A stretch of DNA of 64,000 nt from Eledone cirrhosa (GCA_964016885.1 OZ024746.1:3348001-3412000); one strand, 5' to 3'; positions 1-13,489 are shown, counted from the first letter of the stretch. The notes: a model not told the origin generated them from the letters alone. Numbers and translations: made by a program.

Positions 1-1190
1 ACTCCTACTTGTATCTGGAATTCCTCACTAAACTCCATTCCTACCCTGACTTTACTGAGAGTACCTCTGTACAAAGTTTGCACTGTCCTCACAAGCCATT
101 CCTCAACACCTAGCTTCCTTAGGGACCACCAGATGACAGATCGGGGTACCCTATCAAAGGCCTTCTCTAGGTCAACAAAGGCTAAGTATAGTGGCTTATT
201 TTTCTCTAAGAACCTCTCTTCTAATTGTCTCACCAAGAAGAGGGCATCTGTTGTACTCTTCCCAGGCACAAAACCAAACTGCATCTCATCTAGTTTGACC
301 CTTTCTCTAATTAGTTGTGCTAATATCCTTTCTGCCACTTTCATAACCTGATCCATCAGTTTTATACCCCTATAATTGCTCCTCACCAGAGCATACCCAG
401 TACCTTTGTAGCAATTTATGAGAATACTGCTGCACCAGTCTTTGGGTATGACACCACTATATATAGCCTGATTGATGATGCGTGCAACCAGTTTAGTGCC
501 TACATCCCCTGATGCCTTCAGCATCTCAGCAACTATCCCTGATGGTCCAGCTGCCTTACCATTTCTCATTTCCTTAATCGCCTCTTGGACCTTATATTCG
601 TCAATCTCAATAGCTGGTCCCTCTGTCGTATCTACTAAGGGTAATTTCTCTCTCTCCCAATCGTTCTCCACATTCATCAGTCTCTCATAATGACATTTCC
701 AGGCCTCCTTTTTCTGATCATTCGTGACACTAAGTACACCGGCATCATTCCCGACACATTTATCTCCAACAACATCCTGATTTGCATTGACACACTGCCT
801 TGCAATGTGGAACACCGCACGCCTCTGATCTTCCTGTCGCAGAACATTAGCAAACCTACTCTCAGCCTCCCTGTGTGCTAAGTACACCTGATGTATAGCT
901 TCTCTCTTAGTGGCTGTATATCCTTCCATGCTAGTCTTTTGTCTCTGGCCTTATCTACTGTGCTTTCCACCACCAGGTTACTCTCTGTCTGGTTGGAGCT
1001 CTACTCCAGCCACAAGTTTCATCAGTAGCCTGCAGTAAGTTGTCACATAAGAAATTCCAGTTATTATATATGTCATACGTCTCTAAATTGTCTTCTTTTT
1101 CGTCATACACATCTTGAAGGGCTTTCCTAAATTTGTATTTTAGTGAAAGGTATTTTAGCTTCCAGACCTTTCTTCTCCACACCTTCCTGT
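1..1190 (-). mobile_element. Degenerate RTE-clade LINE fragment (linker and N-terminal RT region), running off the left edge of the window
   Basis: Manual minus-strand translation gives GVIPKDWCSSILINCYKG...[79 protein letters not shown], typical non-LTR RT motifs. ORF 955-1275 ends in the RTE-type TWWW linker. The reading frame is disrupted. Confidence 0.9.
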
Positions 1191-1366
1191 ATGTCTCATT
1201 CCATCTCTTGCTTACTGAGATGATGATGATGATGATAGACATACACACACTGAAAAAAAATGTAAACAGCCACAATTGTTATACATCTATATCTATATTT
1301 TTTAATGCAGTGTTTATTAGTATTATCTCATAGTGTTGAGTTGATATTATTGTGCTTCTCTGCTTG

Positions 1367-1452
1367 TGTGGCCCCACCGTCACTTCAGATGACAAAACTT
1401 GTTTATATCACTGTCAATGTGGCCCCACCGTCACATCAGATGACAAAACTTA
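1367..1452. repeat. Short direct duplication, period ~51 bp
   Basis: tgtggccccaccgtcac(t/a)tcagatgacaaaactt occurs twice. Confidence 0.8.
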
Positions 1453-2159
1453 TTGTTTCTTTTACATATATATTCTTTTTTAATGAAATATTGCATGTTT
1501 GTTTTTTTTTTCATCAGCAAAAAAATCAATTTGAGCCAACCTTATTGATTCTTCACCAAAAGGATTTCTGGTGTATCCAGATTTGTTTGTGTGTGTGTGT
1601 GACTTGAAAGTGATGAATAAACTTGTATGAGGTTTTGTTTTATTTTTTCAGCCCTTCTTCTGTGACCCAGGACAGGTTGTTTAGTGTGACCAGTGACTCA
1701 CTGAAGAGAAAATCTTATCATTACCCATTTGTAACATTCCCTCAGAAACAATACTTTATAAATAACAAAGTCTACCATTCAAATTTCTCCCTATAATATG
1801 TAAACACAGTTTTAGAAGACAAGTTGAAACCACTCACATCTCTTTCTTTACGTTTAACATTCATTTTATTATTTGGCTTTTGGTTTTTTTTTTCATAAAC
1901 AGAATACTTTAAATATATCATTGAGAATCCAGTTAGAAACTATTTTCATCGTAATTCTTACACAAACTAAAGCAAAAGTTGAAAGCTCTTTTTGATGGAG
2001 GATTTAGTGTGTGTGTCTGTGTGTTGAATGGTATCCATAAAATGTAATTGTATACAAAATAAGCTTTTAATGTGTGTGTATATGTATATATATATATATA
2101 TCCTAACCAAAAATACATCCCCATCCCACTACCCCACCCCTTTCTCTGTAAAGTTATGT

Positions 2160-2430
2160 TGGTGCCACATCCAGTCCTAATTAAATGAGGTTGTGTAGGT
2201 GTCACAACAAAAAACACAGTCCACGCTGTAATGTGGCTGTGTAGGTAACACGGTAAAAACCTCCCAGTCCACACTGTAAACGTGGTTGGTGCTAGGAAGG
2301 GCATCCAGCTGTAGAAAACCCGCCAGACAGTCCTATACGAGCAAGACAACCAATCTTGCCTCATGTGGGACAATTCCCGTCTAAACCTATGCTAGCGTGG
2401 AAGATGGACGTTAAACGATGATGGTGATGA
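2160..2430 (+). mobile_element. SINE-like element with an RTE-type 3' tail
   Basis: 43-bp subrepeats (cccagtccacactgtaaa), then ggaagggcatccagctgtagaaa...gctagcgtggaagatggacgttaaacgatgatg. The same tail recurs many times in the window and resembles the 3' UTR of the RTE copy at 41140-41566. Confidence 0.75.
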
Positions 2431-2850
2431 TAACCAATTGCTTTTATATGCATATACTATTGTAACCGTATTGAAATAGACGTAAAAATTAGAGAATGAA
2501 TTATATATATATACAAACACACTCATTGATATAATATACATGAGGTCATAAAGTATATATTTTAGATAACCTGAAACTGTGTGTTTATCAAAAATTTGAT
2601 GCTCACTGACAGTTTTCAGTTGTGAAATCATGGATTCTACTGAGTCATATTTCTGAGAAGTAAATTCAGAGAAAGAAATCTCCACAAGCTTTTGCATATA
2701 TGTATATGTATGTATATAATTATATATATATATACACATACACACTTAAAATGACAAAAGACCAAAGTTAATAACTTAAATTCATTCTCTAATTTTTACG
2801 TCCATTTCAATACGGTTACAATAGTACGTGCATATAAAAACAATTGGTTA
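2431..2850. repeat. 72-bp inverted repeat pair (2431-2502 and 2779-2850)
   Basis: The arms are reverse complements with about 4 mismatches, and each abuts (TA)n. Confidence 0.85.
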
Positions 2851-3365
2851 TATATATATACACCTTAGATAGTCCTATGATCTTTATTGGTAGTATCGTA
2901 TTCCTTGAATTCCTGGCCTTTTTTAAAACACTTTCCTGCTGTTGGTACCCAAACTGTGTCCCTTACATATAATAATACCTACAACAAAAACTAGTCTACT
3001 AAACATTTCTGTTTTTAAATGTCAAGCTGCTTTATAAATTCTCTTGAAAAGTTTTTTGGGGTCTTTTTGTATCATTGAAAGTAAACAAGCCAAACTCCAT
3101 TAGTCATTTGATGTGCATCTCTCCATCTTTAATGAAATCATCTTTACTCCAACATGGAAACTAACTTCGTTAATATGATCTTCATTTGAAAGACTTCCCA
3201 CTCTACTAAAACTATATTTCATTATTAATGTTTTGTATAAACTTATATATCTATACAGTAATGTCTTCTTGCTGTTTCCTTTGATAATTCTCATTCTCTT
3301 ATCTAGTCCTACAAATCTTTGGCCATGTAACTTGCTCAATCTACTATGATACATTCTAACCACAT

Positions 3366-3595
3366 TTAACTCTTAACGTCCTGTACCACATGAAACCTCA
3401 TTAGCAAGACATTCTGGCACAAAACAGTAATACTATGATTGCATCACATTAAAAATGAAAATTAGTCTTTACTCTAATATTACAGACTTTCACAATGATC
3501 CATTAGTAAAGATACTATAAACCTTTCGTTTAATACACCTGTTGTGATTTTTTAAATGTTTTCTGCTAAACTATTACAGAATGTTAAGAGTTTAA
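3366..3595. mobile_element. Small TTAA-flanked (piggyBac-like) MITE
   Basis: ttaa-ctcttaacgtcctgta ... tacagaatgttaagag-tttaa: ~16-bp imperfect TIRs. Confidence 0.55.
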
Positions 3596-4824
3596 ATGAA
3601 TATCTTCCATATTTGAAGTTGAACCTCTTAGGATATCTTGCTGAAGAAATAGCTGTTTAGGTCAAAAGTAGTATTTAATGGAATGTGTCTGTTGTGGAGG
3701 TCTTCTAAAGATATATTTTTGTTTGTTTTTACTGTTTTCTACAGTTCCTCAAGCTTCAACTAAAGACATTTCAAAATAACTGATATCTTTGCTAAATAGT
3801 TAACAAAGGAGTGTAAAATAGGTTATTTAGCAGAAATGTTTCAAAATGTTCTAAAAAACAAGCCAAAGAAAAACCTAAAATCATTAGTATTATTTGCTTT
3901 TAATGTTTAATGTTATATTATAAGAGATGTTACTAGATGACATGTGGCCAGTTCAAGCGGGAAAATTTATGTCTTGGCTTTATCACTATGCTGTAAATTT
4001 TGTGATTTCGTCTATTATACATCAATTTAATCTAGTCTATAATTATTAAAGTGCCTATTTGTAGAGCCACCATCTTGGCATTTCTTTCTCATCATAACAG
4101 AAAAAAACCATACATTAAACAAATCATTGTAGTCTAGACAAAATCTATATATTATAGTTTCCTCTGTGTGTGTTAGTAATACTAAAATGAATTGGTTTTT
4201 GTCTGCTTATAAGTGTTTGGAACTCAATGGTTTCTTCTTTCTTCTCTTGGTTGTAGTTACATTATATAAGGTTTATCATTTGACAATTATCTGCTGTTAG
4301 TGTTGCAAGATTCAGAATTTGTTAACTCCCACATATGGAAGTCACTCTCTCAAGACTTAATATTTGGATATTTATCAGATTAAAACTACATTGTGTGAAA
4401 TATGAAGCTGTATTGCTGTCATTTAATATAGTCAGTGCCTTCATATCGCTCTTATGAAAAGTTGTTGGTTTATTTATTTATTTTTAATTAGTTTTACTTT
4501 TCAAAAGGTTTAATATAGTAAATCTCATTTTTTATTTCTTTAAAAATATATCTTTCAGAATTACCAGCAAGAAAACTTGCCATATACTTGAGTAAATGTC
4601 ACACCATTTTCCTTGAAAGTATGACATGAAAAACCAGTGTGATTTATGTGCTGGACATAACAAGCTTCAATTCAAAATATACGGTACATTGTAGATGGAG
4701 CTGTGACATATGAGTATATGTGGTATGTGACTAGAGATATTCCATTAATTTTAATAGTTCATTTGTAAAGGTCTCCTTATCAGTCTGCTATTTCTATCAC
4801 ATAACACTGGTGTTATCATCATCA

Positions 4825-4886
4825 TCATCATCATTTAACGTCTATCTTCCACGCTAGCATGGAAGATAGATGTTAAATGATGATGA
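4825..4886. repeat. Spacer-less palindrome made of two SINE tails
   Basis: tcatcatcatttaacgtctatcttccacgct|agcatggaagatagatgttaaatgatgatga. Confidence 0.85.
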
Positions 4887-5559
4887 AAGTTAACCCTTTC
4901 TTGGAGAAGGCAATGAAGCTACCATAAATTATCTGACACTACACCAAAATATTTACTGATATTGTGTTAGTTGTAGTGGTTCCAAAACTAGTTTGCTAAA
5001 GTTTTTACAAATGTGGAGAAATCAATTCCTTCAGTCTATAATTTCAGGTCTTGAATAACCGCCCCCACCCCTGCTTATAAAATTTTGCTAATCTATCTCC
5101 AGCGCAAATATATTTTAAGTGGTAACATTCCTGCGACAATTTTCTTTAGACATTAAAAAACATTATACATGACAAAGTACATTACTAGAAATCCCATATG
5201 TTATAAAATAAATAGGATGGGTTGGGGGGGTCGCTATGTAAATGACTAATTCTAGTTTTTTTTTAATTAGCAGAGACAACCTAGAAAGATTACCGATTTT
5301 CTAACCCATCCCCTCTATTATTTGGGACCCAAGAGTACATTACATTCAAGAAAACTATTGAGAGAATTACATCATTAAGGCTATGATCTTTCATTACTTG
5401 CTAGATAATTTAATGACATTAGAAACTATGTAGATGCCTACTATATTTGTGTACTAAGCAATAGAGACCATAGTTCAGTAGGATTGGAAGACATGTAATC
5501 TTTTGAACTGACTATGTTCATTGATATATATAGTAAGAAGAAAACGAAATTTCGCTTAC

Positions 5560-5820
5560 ATGTTAGTTTTTTTTTGTGTATCAATCTCTTATGTGTTTCA
5601 CAGAGGATTGGTTCAGAGTCACCAATAGAAGTTAGGGGCACAAATCCATTATCAATCTGATTTTCAGACTGGCGATTCAACAAAAAAGTTTTTTTTATTG
5701 ATTCACCAGTCTAAAGAACAGATCAATAATAGTCAGGCCCATAACTTCTATGGGTGACTCTGAGCCAATCCTCTGTGAAACACACATAATAGGTTGATAC
5801 ACAATAAAACAAACTAACTA
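5560..5820. mobile_element. Fold-back / palindromic MITE (~130-bp arms)
   Basis: tgtgtatcaatctcttatgtgtttcacagaggattggttcagagtcaccaatagaagtta is mirrored by taacttctatgggtgactctgagccaatcctctgtgaaacacacataataggttgatacaca. The centre lies near 5688. Confidence 0.75.
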
Positions 5821-5824
5821 TATA

Positions 5825-6040
5825 TAGGAGGTACTGAAAAGTTCCTGGCTTTGCATAAAAGAAAATACAGGAGGATCAGTTAATTATGATTTTATTCAAC
5901 ATATTCCCCTCTCAGATTTACACACTTATTGCAGCGGTCCTTCAGTTTTTCTAAGCCCTGTAAAAAGAACTTGGAAGGTTGGGCCTCCAACCAGACCTCT
6001 GTAGCAGCGATCAAGCCAGGAACATTTTGGCACCTCCTTG
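5825..6040. mobile_element. Mariner-like MITE, copy 1
   Basis: TIRs (ta)ggaggtactgaaaagttcctggctt / aagccaggaacattttggcacctccttg(ta). Homologous copies at 12171 and 61041. Confidence 0.8.
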
Positions 6041-8046
6041 TATATATTGTGAAAGTTCAAGTAATGCAACAGGCTGTTTATGATTTGGTTGCTAGGTTAC
6101 TTCTAAATTTTTATCTACAAAATTGTAACTGGTTAAGGTTGATATCTTTTGTGCTTCTCAAACTCTTGATGTGCATTTTCTCTGTGAACATACTGAGTAA
6201 TTTTAATCTTTATACTCTTTTTAAACATGGCGTGGACCAAGTTGAGGCTTGCTAAAAAAAATGGTTCTGGAATCAGTGCCAAAGGGTTTTTGACAAACAC
6301 ATTCTGAAGTGTTTTTTCCTGACCCCTTCTCTACCTACTACTCTTTGAAAATAAATAATTAAAATTGAAATACCAAACACTTCAGAACTGAATATTTTGG
6401 TACGTTATATATGTATGAAGTTGTATGTATCTGCCAATTTATGGTAAAGTATATGAAGACAGTGCTGTACCATTCTCATGTGTTCTGTTATGTCAGTAAT
6501 TTAAAGTATATAACTGAAAGTGATTTGGGATCACAGATTTGGTAGCCATCTACTGGACAATACATACTTAGATCATGTGAACCAGGAGATTTTGGGACAT
6601 TTTATTTTTCAATGGGAATGTTTTGCTCAAATCTTTATCATCCAATTTTAAAAGAAACTTTCTGTTAATTCTAAAACAATAGTCTTATATTCTTGTTTCC
6701 TCTTTTATATTATTTTAATGAAAAGTAGTAAAGAATAAGAACAAAACGTAACAATTTTTTTAAACAAAAACATCAAAATATGAAATCCAATTTCTTTCTG
6801 TCAATCAATATTGTTATAAAGAAAAGCACTTGTTCCTTGTAATGTCAGCTGTCTTCTCACAGGGAAACACAAACTTTTAAAAAAAGCAACATACAAATGG
6901 TTTCTTTTTCTTTGTTTTTTCTATTTTTGTTTTAATTGGTTTGTAAAAAAAATTTTTGATATTTGATCTGTCTCTGTCAAAGTTGTTACAATCTATTGGA
7001 TTTGTCCTCATATATTTCCAAATTTTAATGGTGGATAACTTTTGCAAATTATAAAAGTGGTAACTTTTAAGAAGCATTTTCTAATTTGTAGGGACAGGGA
7101 GGGAGGGATTTATCTAGAATTTTCTACTAAAACAAAACCTATTATATTGTATCTTCTCTGAAGAGATTGCAAATCATTTCTTACTGATCACCTACCAATG
7201 GTGTGCTTCAAGAATCCATATCATTGATCTATATCAACTGTTAGTGAGTGTGCTGCCATCTACTAGTCTTGCTGCTGTAAAATGTAATTTACTTTCCATG
7301 TGCCAGTTTGTAGAAGTATCTGTGGGCTTCCACATTACATATACAAGTATTTCTGTATTCAAGTAGAATGAAGGACATATATTTACATATATATAATGTG
7401 TATAGGTTACCTAAAGTAAATACTGCAAATGCTATTCCATCAACCTATGCACACTTAAATACTCTCAACAAACATTTTTTTTTCTTTTTTGCTTGGCCAG
7501 TATTAAAGTAAAACTTTCCTGAAGTTGGCTGTCTCTTTTTAGTTTTTCAGTGCCTAACTGCAGTGTAAATGTCTGTAAATAGTTAATTGGTGTTGGCTTG
7601 GCTAGACTCTTGTCAGGTTTGGTCAAAGAAATGCGAAACTCCAACACTAAACACTGTTCAGTTCTGGTGAGATATCAGAATTGATGCTACAATAACAATG
7701 CCAGGTTATTGTTGTTGTTGTCATTCTGACTTGTTAATGGTAAATAGGTACATGTTGTTCTCTTCCATGGAAGAAGGTACAGCAAGTAGCTAGTTGCCAA
7801 ATTGATCATGGGCTTTCTATAAATACTTTCAGATGAATGTTTGTTTCTGAATGAATTGCTGATGGAGAAAGAAAGAAATCTAAACAAGATAAAAAAAAGA
7901 TCAACCACAAAAAAGAACAATTATCACCTGTCTTAATGATATATCAGGATTCTGTAGATGTTCTCTATTAAACTCTTGTTTACAGTAAACTTTTACACTC
8001 CTGCTCTTTTATTTAGTTCTCATGTCTTCTTTATCATTGATTTTAA

Positions 8047-8402
8047 CCCTTTAGTTACCAACCTGGCCAAACCCAGCTCTGGTTCTATGAAATAAAGTCA
8101 CCCATTTTAAAGGTTTCCATCATCATCATCATCATTTAACATCCATTTTTCCACGCTAGCATGAAAATCTTCCAACATAATTTTATATAAGAACCTTACA
8201 TTAAGTTACTATCTTCTTCTTCGCGCACTTATTCCTGAGAGGGTCCTGGGGGCAGAGCCCTCCTTCTAATGGGTCCTGTCAGAAGCAACCATCTCCAAGC
8301 GAGACCAGCCAAACTCATGTATGTTATCAAACCATCTTGATCAAAATTCTTCATTAATTAATTAAAATAGTGTATTTTATTAGAAATGCAGTCATGAAAG
8401 GG
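8047..8402. mobile_element. TTAA-flanked piggyBac-like MITE with a nested SINE tail (~8118-8165) and a LINE 3' end (~8212-8335)
   Basis: ttaa|ccctttagttacc ... catgaaaggg|ttaa. The internal sequence matches the reverse-oriented copy at 28812-29030. The inserts carry (CAT)n and (TTC)n tails. Confidence 0.75.
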
Positions 8403-8949
8403 TTAAAGGAATTTTAGGTGAGAGAAAATGATACTCAGCATCATTGTTAGAATCTCACTTTTGTGATATATATTGTTTCTTTGTCTATTCTGTAATATTC
8501 TGATATTTTTATACATTGTATGGAATGGACATCCGTCGGTTGTTTGATCAATGGAACAGCCTGTTCATGTAAGTGGCTGAGTATTCCACAGACATGTACC
8601 TTTAATGTAATTCTCAGGGAGATTTAACATGACAGTGTATGATAAGGCTGACCCTTTGAATTACAGGTATAGTCTATCTGACAGGTTTCCAAACAGTTTC
8701 TGTCTACCAGATTTCACTCGAGTTTTGGATCAATCCAATGCTAAGGTAAATGAGACTTGCCTAAGATGCCATGCTGTGAGATTGAACCTGGAACCAAATG
8801 ATTGCAAAGCAATCTCCTTAACCATGCTGTATCTATTATACATTATATACAATCTTCTTTCGTTTGTTTAACTCTATCCCTGTTACAGGGTTCCTACAAA
8901 TATGAAGATCTTTCAGAGAACATGTGATACAATCATTTTATTTTATCAA

Positions 8950-9180
8950 TTCTGGCTCAGAGGTTTAGATCTTGAAACTTCAATTCCTTGGCTGGGTTGT
9001 GTGTTGTTGAGCAAAACAATTCATTTCACGTTGCTCCAGTATACTCAACTGAAAATGAGTAGCAGCAACAACTGGGGGTTTAACCCTGCAATGTCCTGGG
9101 GGAAGTCTTGTACTCTGTTGCTTCATCCCACAAAGACCAGATAAGCACCAGCCTAAAGAACCTCCTGGCTTGAAACAGAT
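8950..9180 (+). mobile_element. Degenerate SINE with a CORE-like central domain
   Basis: ttgtgtgttgttgagcaaaacaattcatttcacgttgctccagtatactcaactgaaaatgagt, matching copies at 51565 and 58744. Confidence 0.6.
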
Positions 9181-9513
9181 ACATGCAGATGTCAAGGCAC
9201 AGTGCCATTCTGCTTGTAGTGCAAAGACACATCTAGCTTGATGTCACATGTTTTCCCTAAGAATTATAATCTTAAAGCAAGGCTAATTTTTTTTATATCG
9301 AGATTTCATAAACTCCATTGTATGTTATGTATTTAATAATTTCGTTGCATGTGTATTCAATAGCATAACTGGCTTATTCTTTTGTATCTTCACTATTATA
9401 ACTTACCACCAATAACAGGCTTACATCAGCTTTATTCTACCTACTTTTAGAGTGTAAATTAAAATATTGTTGACAATACTGTATAGAAAAATGTTGACAG
9501 TGTGGTTAGCACA

Positions 9514-9735
9514 TTAACCTTTTTATTACCATATTTCTAATGAAAGACCCACAAATCATTGTGAAAATAATCAAGGATTTTGTAATATAACTAACTCCCT
9601 CATTATTAAACTGCTGTTTTGGAACATAAAGAAACTTAAGTGAAATCCTAATGGAAGGTTTTTGATAACAATAAATACTTTAGAATAAACAGCTTTGTAC
9701 TATAGTCAGGGGTATTTTGGTACCAAAAAGGTTCA
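9514..9735. mobile_element. Degenerate TTAA-type MITE related to those at 27331-27506 and 28510-28740
   Basis: ttaaccttttattaccatatttctaatgaaa ... ggtaccaaaaaggtt, with shared internal cattattaaactg..tttggaacataaa. Confidence 0.6.
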
Positions 9736-10699
9736 CGAAAGAGAGTAGTATATGCATGTCTATGGATTGTTATTGCTCTGGTGGGATAAATATATCATAA
9801 AATCTAAGGATATCGCTCAAAAAGATAGAAAATTAACTCATTTAACGAGGTAAGCACAATAACTTTAATCACCCAAGGCTATGTTTGTATCAGAAGAAAC
9901 TCATTTTATACAAATCTGCCCCAAACCAGCTGTAGTTCTATGAAACAAAACCATTTTAAAGGCTTCTTATTTAAATTATAATCTACCATAATTCGATACA
10001 AGAACCTTTTCTTACGTTATGTTACAAATAACATCTTAATAATTAATCATATTTTAGTTCAATCTGTTTGCCCTGTTTATATATATATAAAAAACCAGAC
10101 AAATAAATCAGTCACGCACACAAGGTACACCAGGTCCGGACACAGAGGAACCAAAGATGCACTGGAAAAGTTATTCCAGCTAGATCACGAAAGCGCTGAC
10201 CAAACCAAAGCAAGGGAGATAACTCGAGATAGAATTTTTGATGAATCAAAGAGCAATTTATCATCACGTCTGCTTTTCCACACATGCATCGGTTAAACAG
10301 GTCGCCCACGTTATGATACAAGTTGGACATGCCATACCTTGCTCAAACGGAACTATATTTTGGCTGATTTATGAAAATTGAAAATATGTAATGCAGTTAG
10401 GGTTTGAATAATCTGATCTTTATACCAAACTCACCCTGGTTCTACAAAGATGTATATTTTAATGCGCTTATATTTATCTAAAGACCTTCCTCATATAATT
10501 TTATATACAAACCTTTCAGTAAGGCTCCAAACACAGTAGCAATGGCAGGATAACCTATTACGATTCAAGGGAGGTAAGTCTCTAATCTAAGCTACGTTTT
10601 CCACCTCCAGGCATTGTGGAAGATATCCAAATTACAGGATGACATTCTATGAATGGAACCAATTCTCCACTTCATTGTACACAATTAATTTGGTATTTC

Positions 10700-11000
10700 A
10701 TCATGATGATGATCCTTAAACCCTTTTCGGGGTCGTTGGGACACTGCAGTGTTGAATACTGTACTAACAGCTTCCATCTCTGGCAGTCATGGGCTTGGGT
10801 TGTGGCAAAGTTCTTTCCTCTTATTTCAAGCAAGTTAAACCGGCCGTATCCGACTAAAAAATTTCTCACCTCTTTCTGTTCAAACCAACCATAACTGACT
10901 GCTTATCCCAACGTTAAGGTATTGTTCTCAAATTAGATATCAAAATCTCGTAGATTCCATATTATGTGAGATAAAGCCTTTACCATGAAAATACAATAGT
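10700..11000. mobile_element. LINE 3'-end fragment (minus strand, ~10700-10835) joined to a truncated copy of the 42154 MITE (~10836-11000)
   Basis: The minus strand reads TQAHDCQRWKLLVQ, like the end of an RTE ORF. 10836-11000 aligns by eye with 42166-42330. Confidence 0.55.
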
Positions 11001-11767
11001 AGATATAGATGAATGAAATTAAACTTCACAGCTACCTTGCCTTACTTAGGTCAAATTGACTTAAACTCTTGGTGAAAATAACAAACACAACCTATTGCAT
11101 TCTTCCTAGAATATCCTGTAAATAAAGAACCCAGTGAGTCACAAGATGTCAATAATTCTGTGTTGAATGATGATGACAATCACAGCTATTCTTCTAAATA
11201 GGCTACTATCACCTGTTTAACCCCAGGCCAGTATTGATCAAGCAGATCTATGATCAAATGCAGTCCAACCATGGTTCTCCTATCCCTTAGGGAAGAAATG
11301 CATTCGTCTGTGATTTGAGAGTTATTTGGCTGATGTTTCTAGCAAGCTGAGCAAAGATATAAAGGACCCTCTACAAGTTCAAAGTGTCAATAGTTGGTTT
11401 CTCTAACAGAGCCACGTAAACATATCAAGGACTACATTATCAAAGTCCTTTCTTTAGTTAAAATGGTAGGCTGTAATATGAAGATTTGGCTGTTATTTCT
11501 AGAAGGTCAAACAATCACATAGCAGCCCCCTTTTCATTTGTCAATATTGTTTTTGTCAGGTACACCAAAAACTAGTATTTTAGGTGGGGTTAATCCAATA
11601 ATATTTAATGACTTAAAAATAAATGTTATTTATCTTTAGGAAGAAACCAAGTAATTTCTGGAACCAACAGGGGAAGATGCTATATGGTTGTTAAACCTGT
11701 CAGAAATAGCAGCCAAATTACCTCAAATCATTTTTAAGAAAGAACACATTGAATAATGTGGTTCTAA

Positions 11768-11930
11768 ATAATTGTTTCTATTTTTGGCACAAGGCCAGCA
11801 ATTACCCAGTGCATTACTGGTACTTTAGTTTATCGACCCCGTAAGGATGAAAGGCAAAGTTAACCTCGGCAGGATTTGAACTCAGAATGGAACGGGCCGT
11901 AACTCTCTGCGTCCGACCCTCTACCGATCT
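11768..11930 (-). mobile_element. tRNA-derived SINE with a Meta-like domain
   Basis: Reverse complement of gagttcaaatcctgccgaggttaactttgcctttcatccttacggggtcgataaa...gtaccagt. Confidence 0.8.
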
Positions 11931-12170
11931 AAATGATGAAAATCAGTTTAACCCATTCTAACAGGGAAAACAGATGTTAAATGATGATGGTGGTGCTCAC
12001 AGCTGCAACACTTTTCACAATAGATCTGTTCAGGACTGACCTTGGGCTAAACAACAAAACAATTGACTTGATTAGTTTATCAAGAATTATCAGCCAAATC
12101 TCCTTAAGAGAAACAGCAACTGTCACACTCTCATTTGCTTCACCTTTGCCCATCTTTGCTGTAGCCTATA

Positions 12171-12387
12171 CGAGGAGGTACTGAGAAGTTCCTGGTTTTG
12201 GGTAAAAGAAAATACAGGAGGATCAATTAATTATGATTTTATTCCACATATTCCCCTCTCAGATTCACACACTTATTGAAGAGGTCCTTCAGTTTTTCTA
12301 AGCCCTGTAAAAAGAACTTGGAAGGTTGGGCCTCCAACCAGGCCTCTGTAGCAGCGATCAAGCTAGAAACCTTTCAACACCACCTTG
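12171..12387. mobile_element. Mariner-like MITE, copy 2
   Basis: ta|cgaggaggtactgagaagttcctgg...; highly similar by eye to 5825-6040. Confidence 0.8.
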
Positions 12388-13489
12388 CTATAGAATTTAC
12401 AGGCATCCAGAAATAGACTGGGTGGTGGAATGTAACAATACTACAGCCCATACAATCACTGTAATTGTCAGCTGTGTGGAAGCAATCGGGACTCTATTTA
12501 AGAAGGCAATCATATTTTTTCTTCTATGAAAACTGATAATTTAGCTTCTGCCTGATAACTCCATCAACATTGGCATCTATCTATTTTACCATTGAAAAGT
12601 AGAATTGACAAGTCAACAAGAAAGCTTTTATGTAGTTACTTGACTTCATAGAATTAGTAGCCAAATTGTGAAAAAGAAAGAACACCATCATCATAAATCT
12701 TGTGTCTGCTCTTTTATACTGGCATGGGTTCAACAAGACTTTTGAAGACAGTATTTTATCACCAGGTGCCCTTCATGAAGCCAACCCTTGAAGTCACTTT
12801 CTATGGCATGCATGGATAGTGTACCTATTCTAAAAACTGGGAATGCAGTCCTAAAATGAAGCATGGGATGCTCTTGGCTTCGATGTTTTTGATCAGGTAG
12901 AATTGAGTACAATGTTTAAAGACAAAATGAAGCACCTGAAATACATACACATGTCCCATGAAACAAGGGCTAACATGTTTATTATCTAATTTGACAATAA
13001 TTCCTTGTAGTATCATCATCATCGTTTAACATCCATTTTCCATGCTAACATGGGTTAGTAATACAACAATCCTCAGAATTCAAGGAAGCTATACTGATGG
13101 TCTGATTTGCATAGACAAAAGTTTGTTAGAGTAAAATGAATTCAGTTATAACAGTACCAAGGAGGATTAGTGGTACTCTTGCATGACATGGTCCTGATTA
13201 TGGTGAACATCTAACCAGTGCAGCTTGCTGCAGTAAATGTTACCTAAAATCGATTTTTTAGCTCTAACCAAAAGGTTAGTGTACCTGCAAACTGAAATGC
13301 ATATAATCATCAGACTGAGGGAAAATAGATTTTTTGCATGGGAGGTGAGATGATAGGCAGGGGGGGGGGGTTCTTACATATCATGCAGTAATAAATTCAA
13401 TAATTTTAGATTCAAAATGTGGTTTTATAGAGAAGGATATATATATGTACGCCTGTGAATACATAAATGTGTATCTATCTGTGAGTATG

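Noticed and set aside
133-881. Plus-strand ORFs at the window start
   Set aside because: They are antisense to the RTE LINE reading frame.
2880-13400. Additional host gene exons in the left 13 kb (e.g. 3100-3363, 10112-10330)
   Set aside because: I found no recognisable protein motifs or consistent splice chain, and 10260-10350 is a SINE tail. Small or non-coding exons cannot be excluded by eye.
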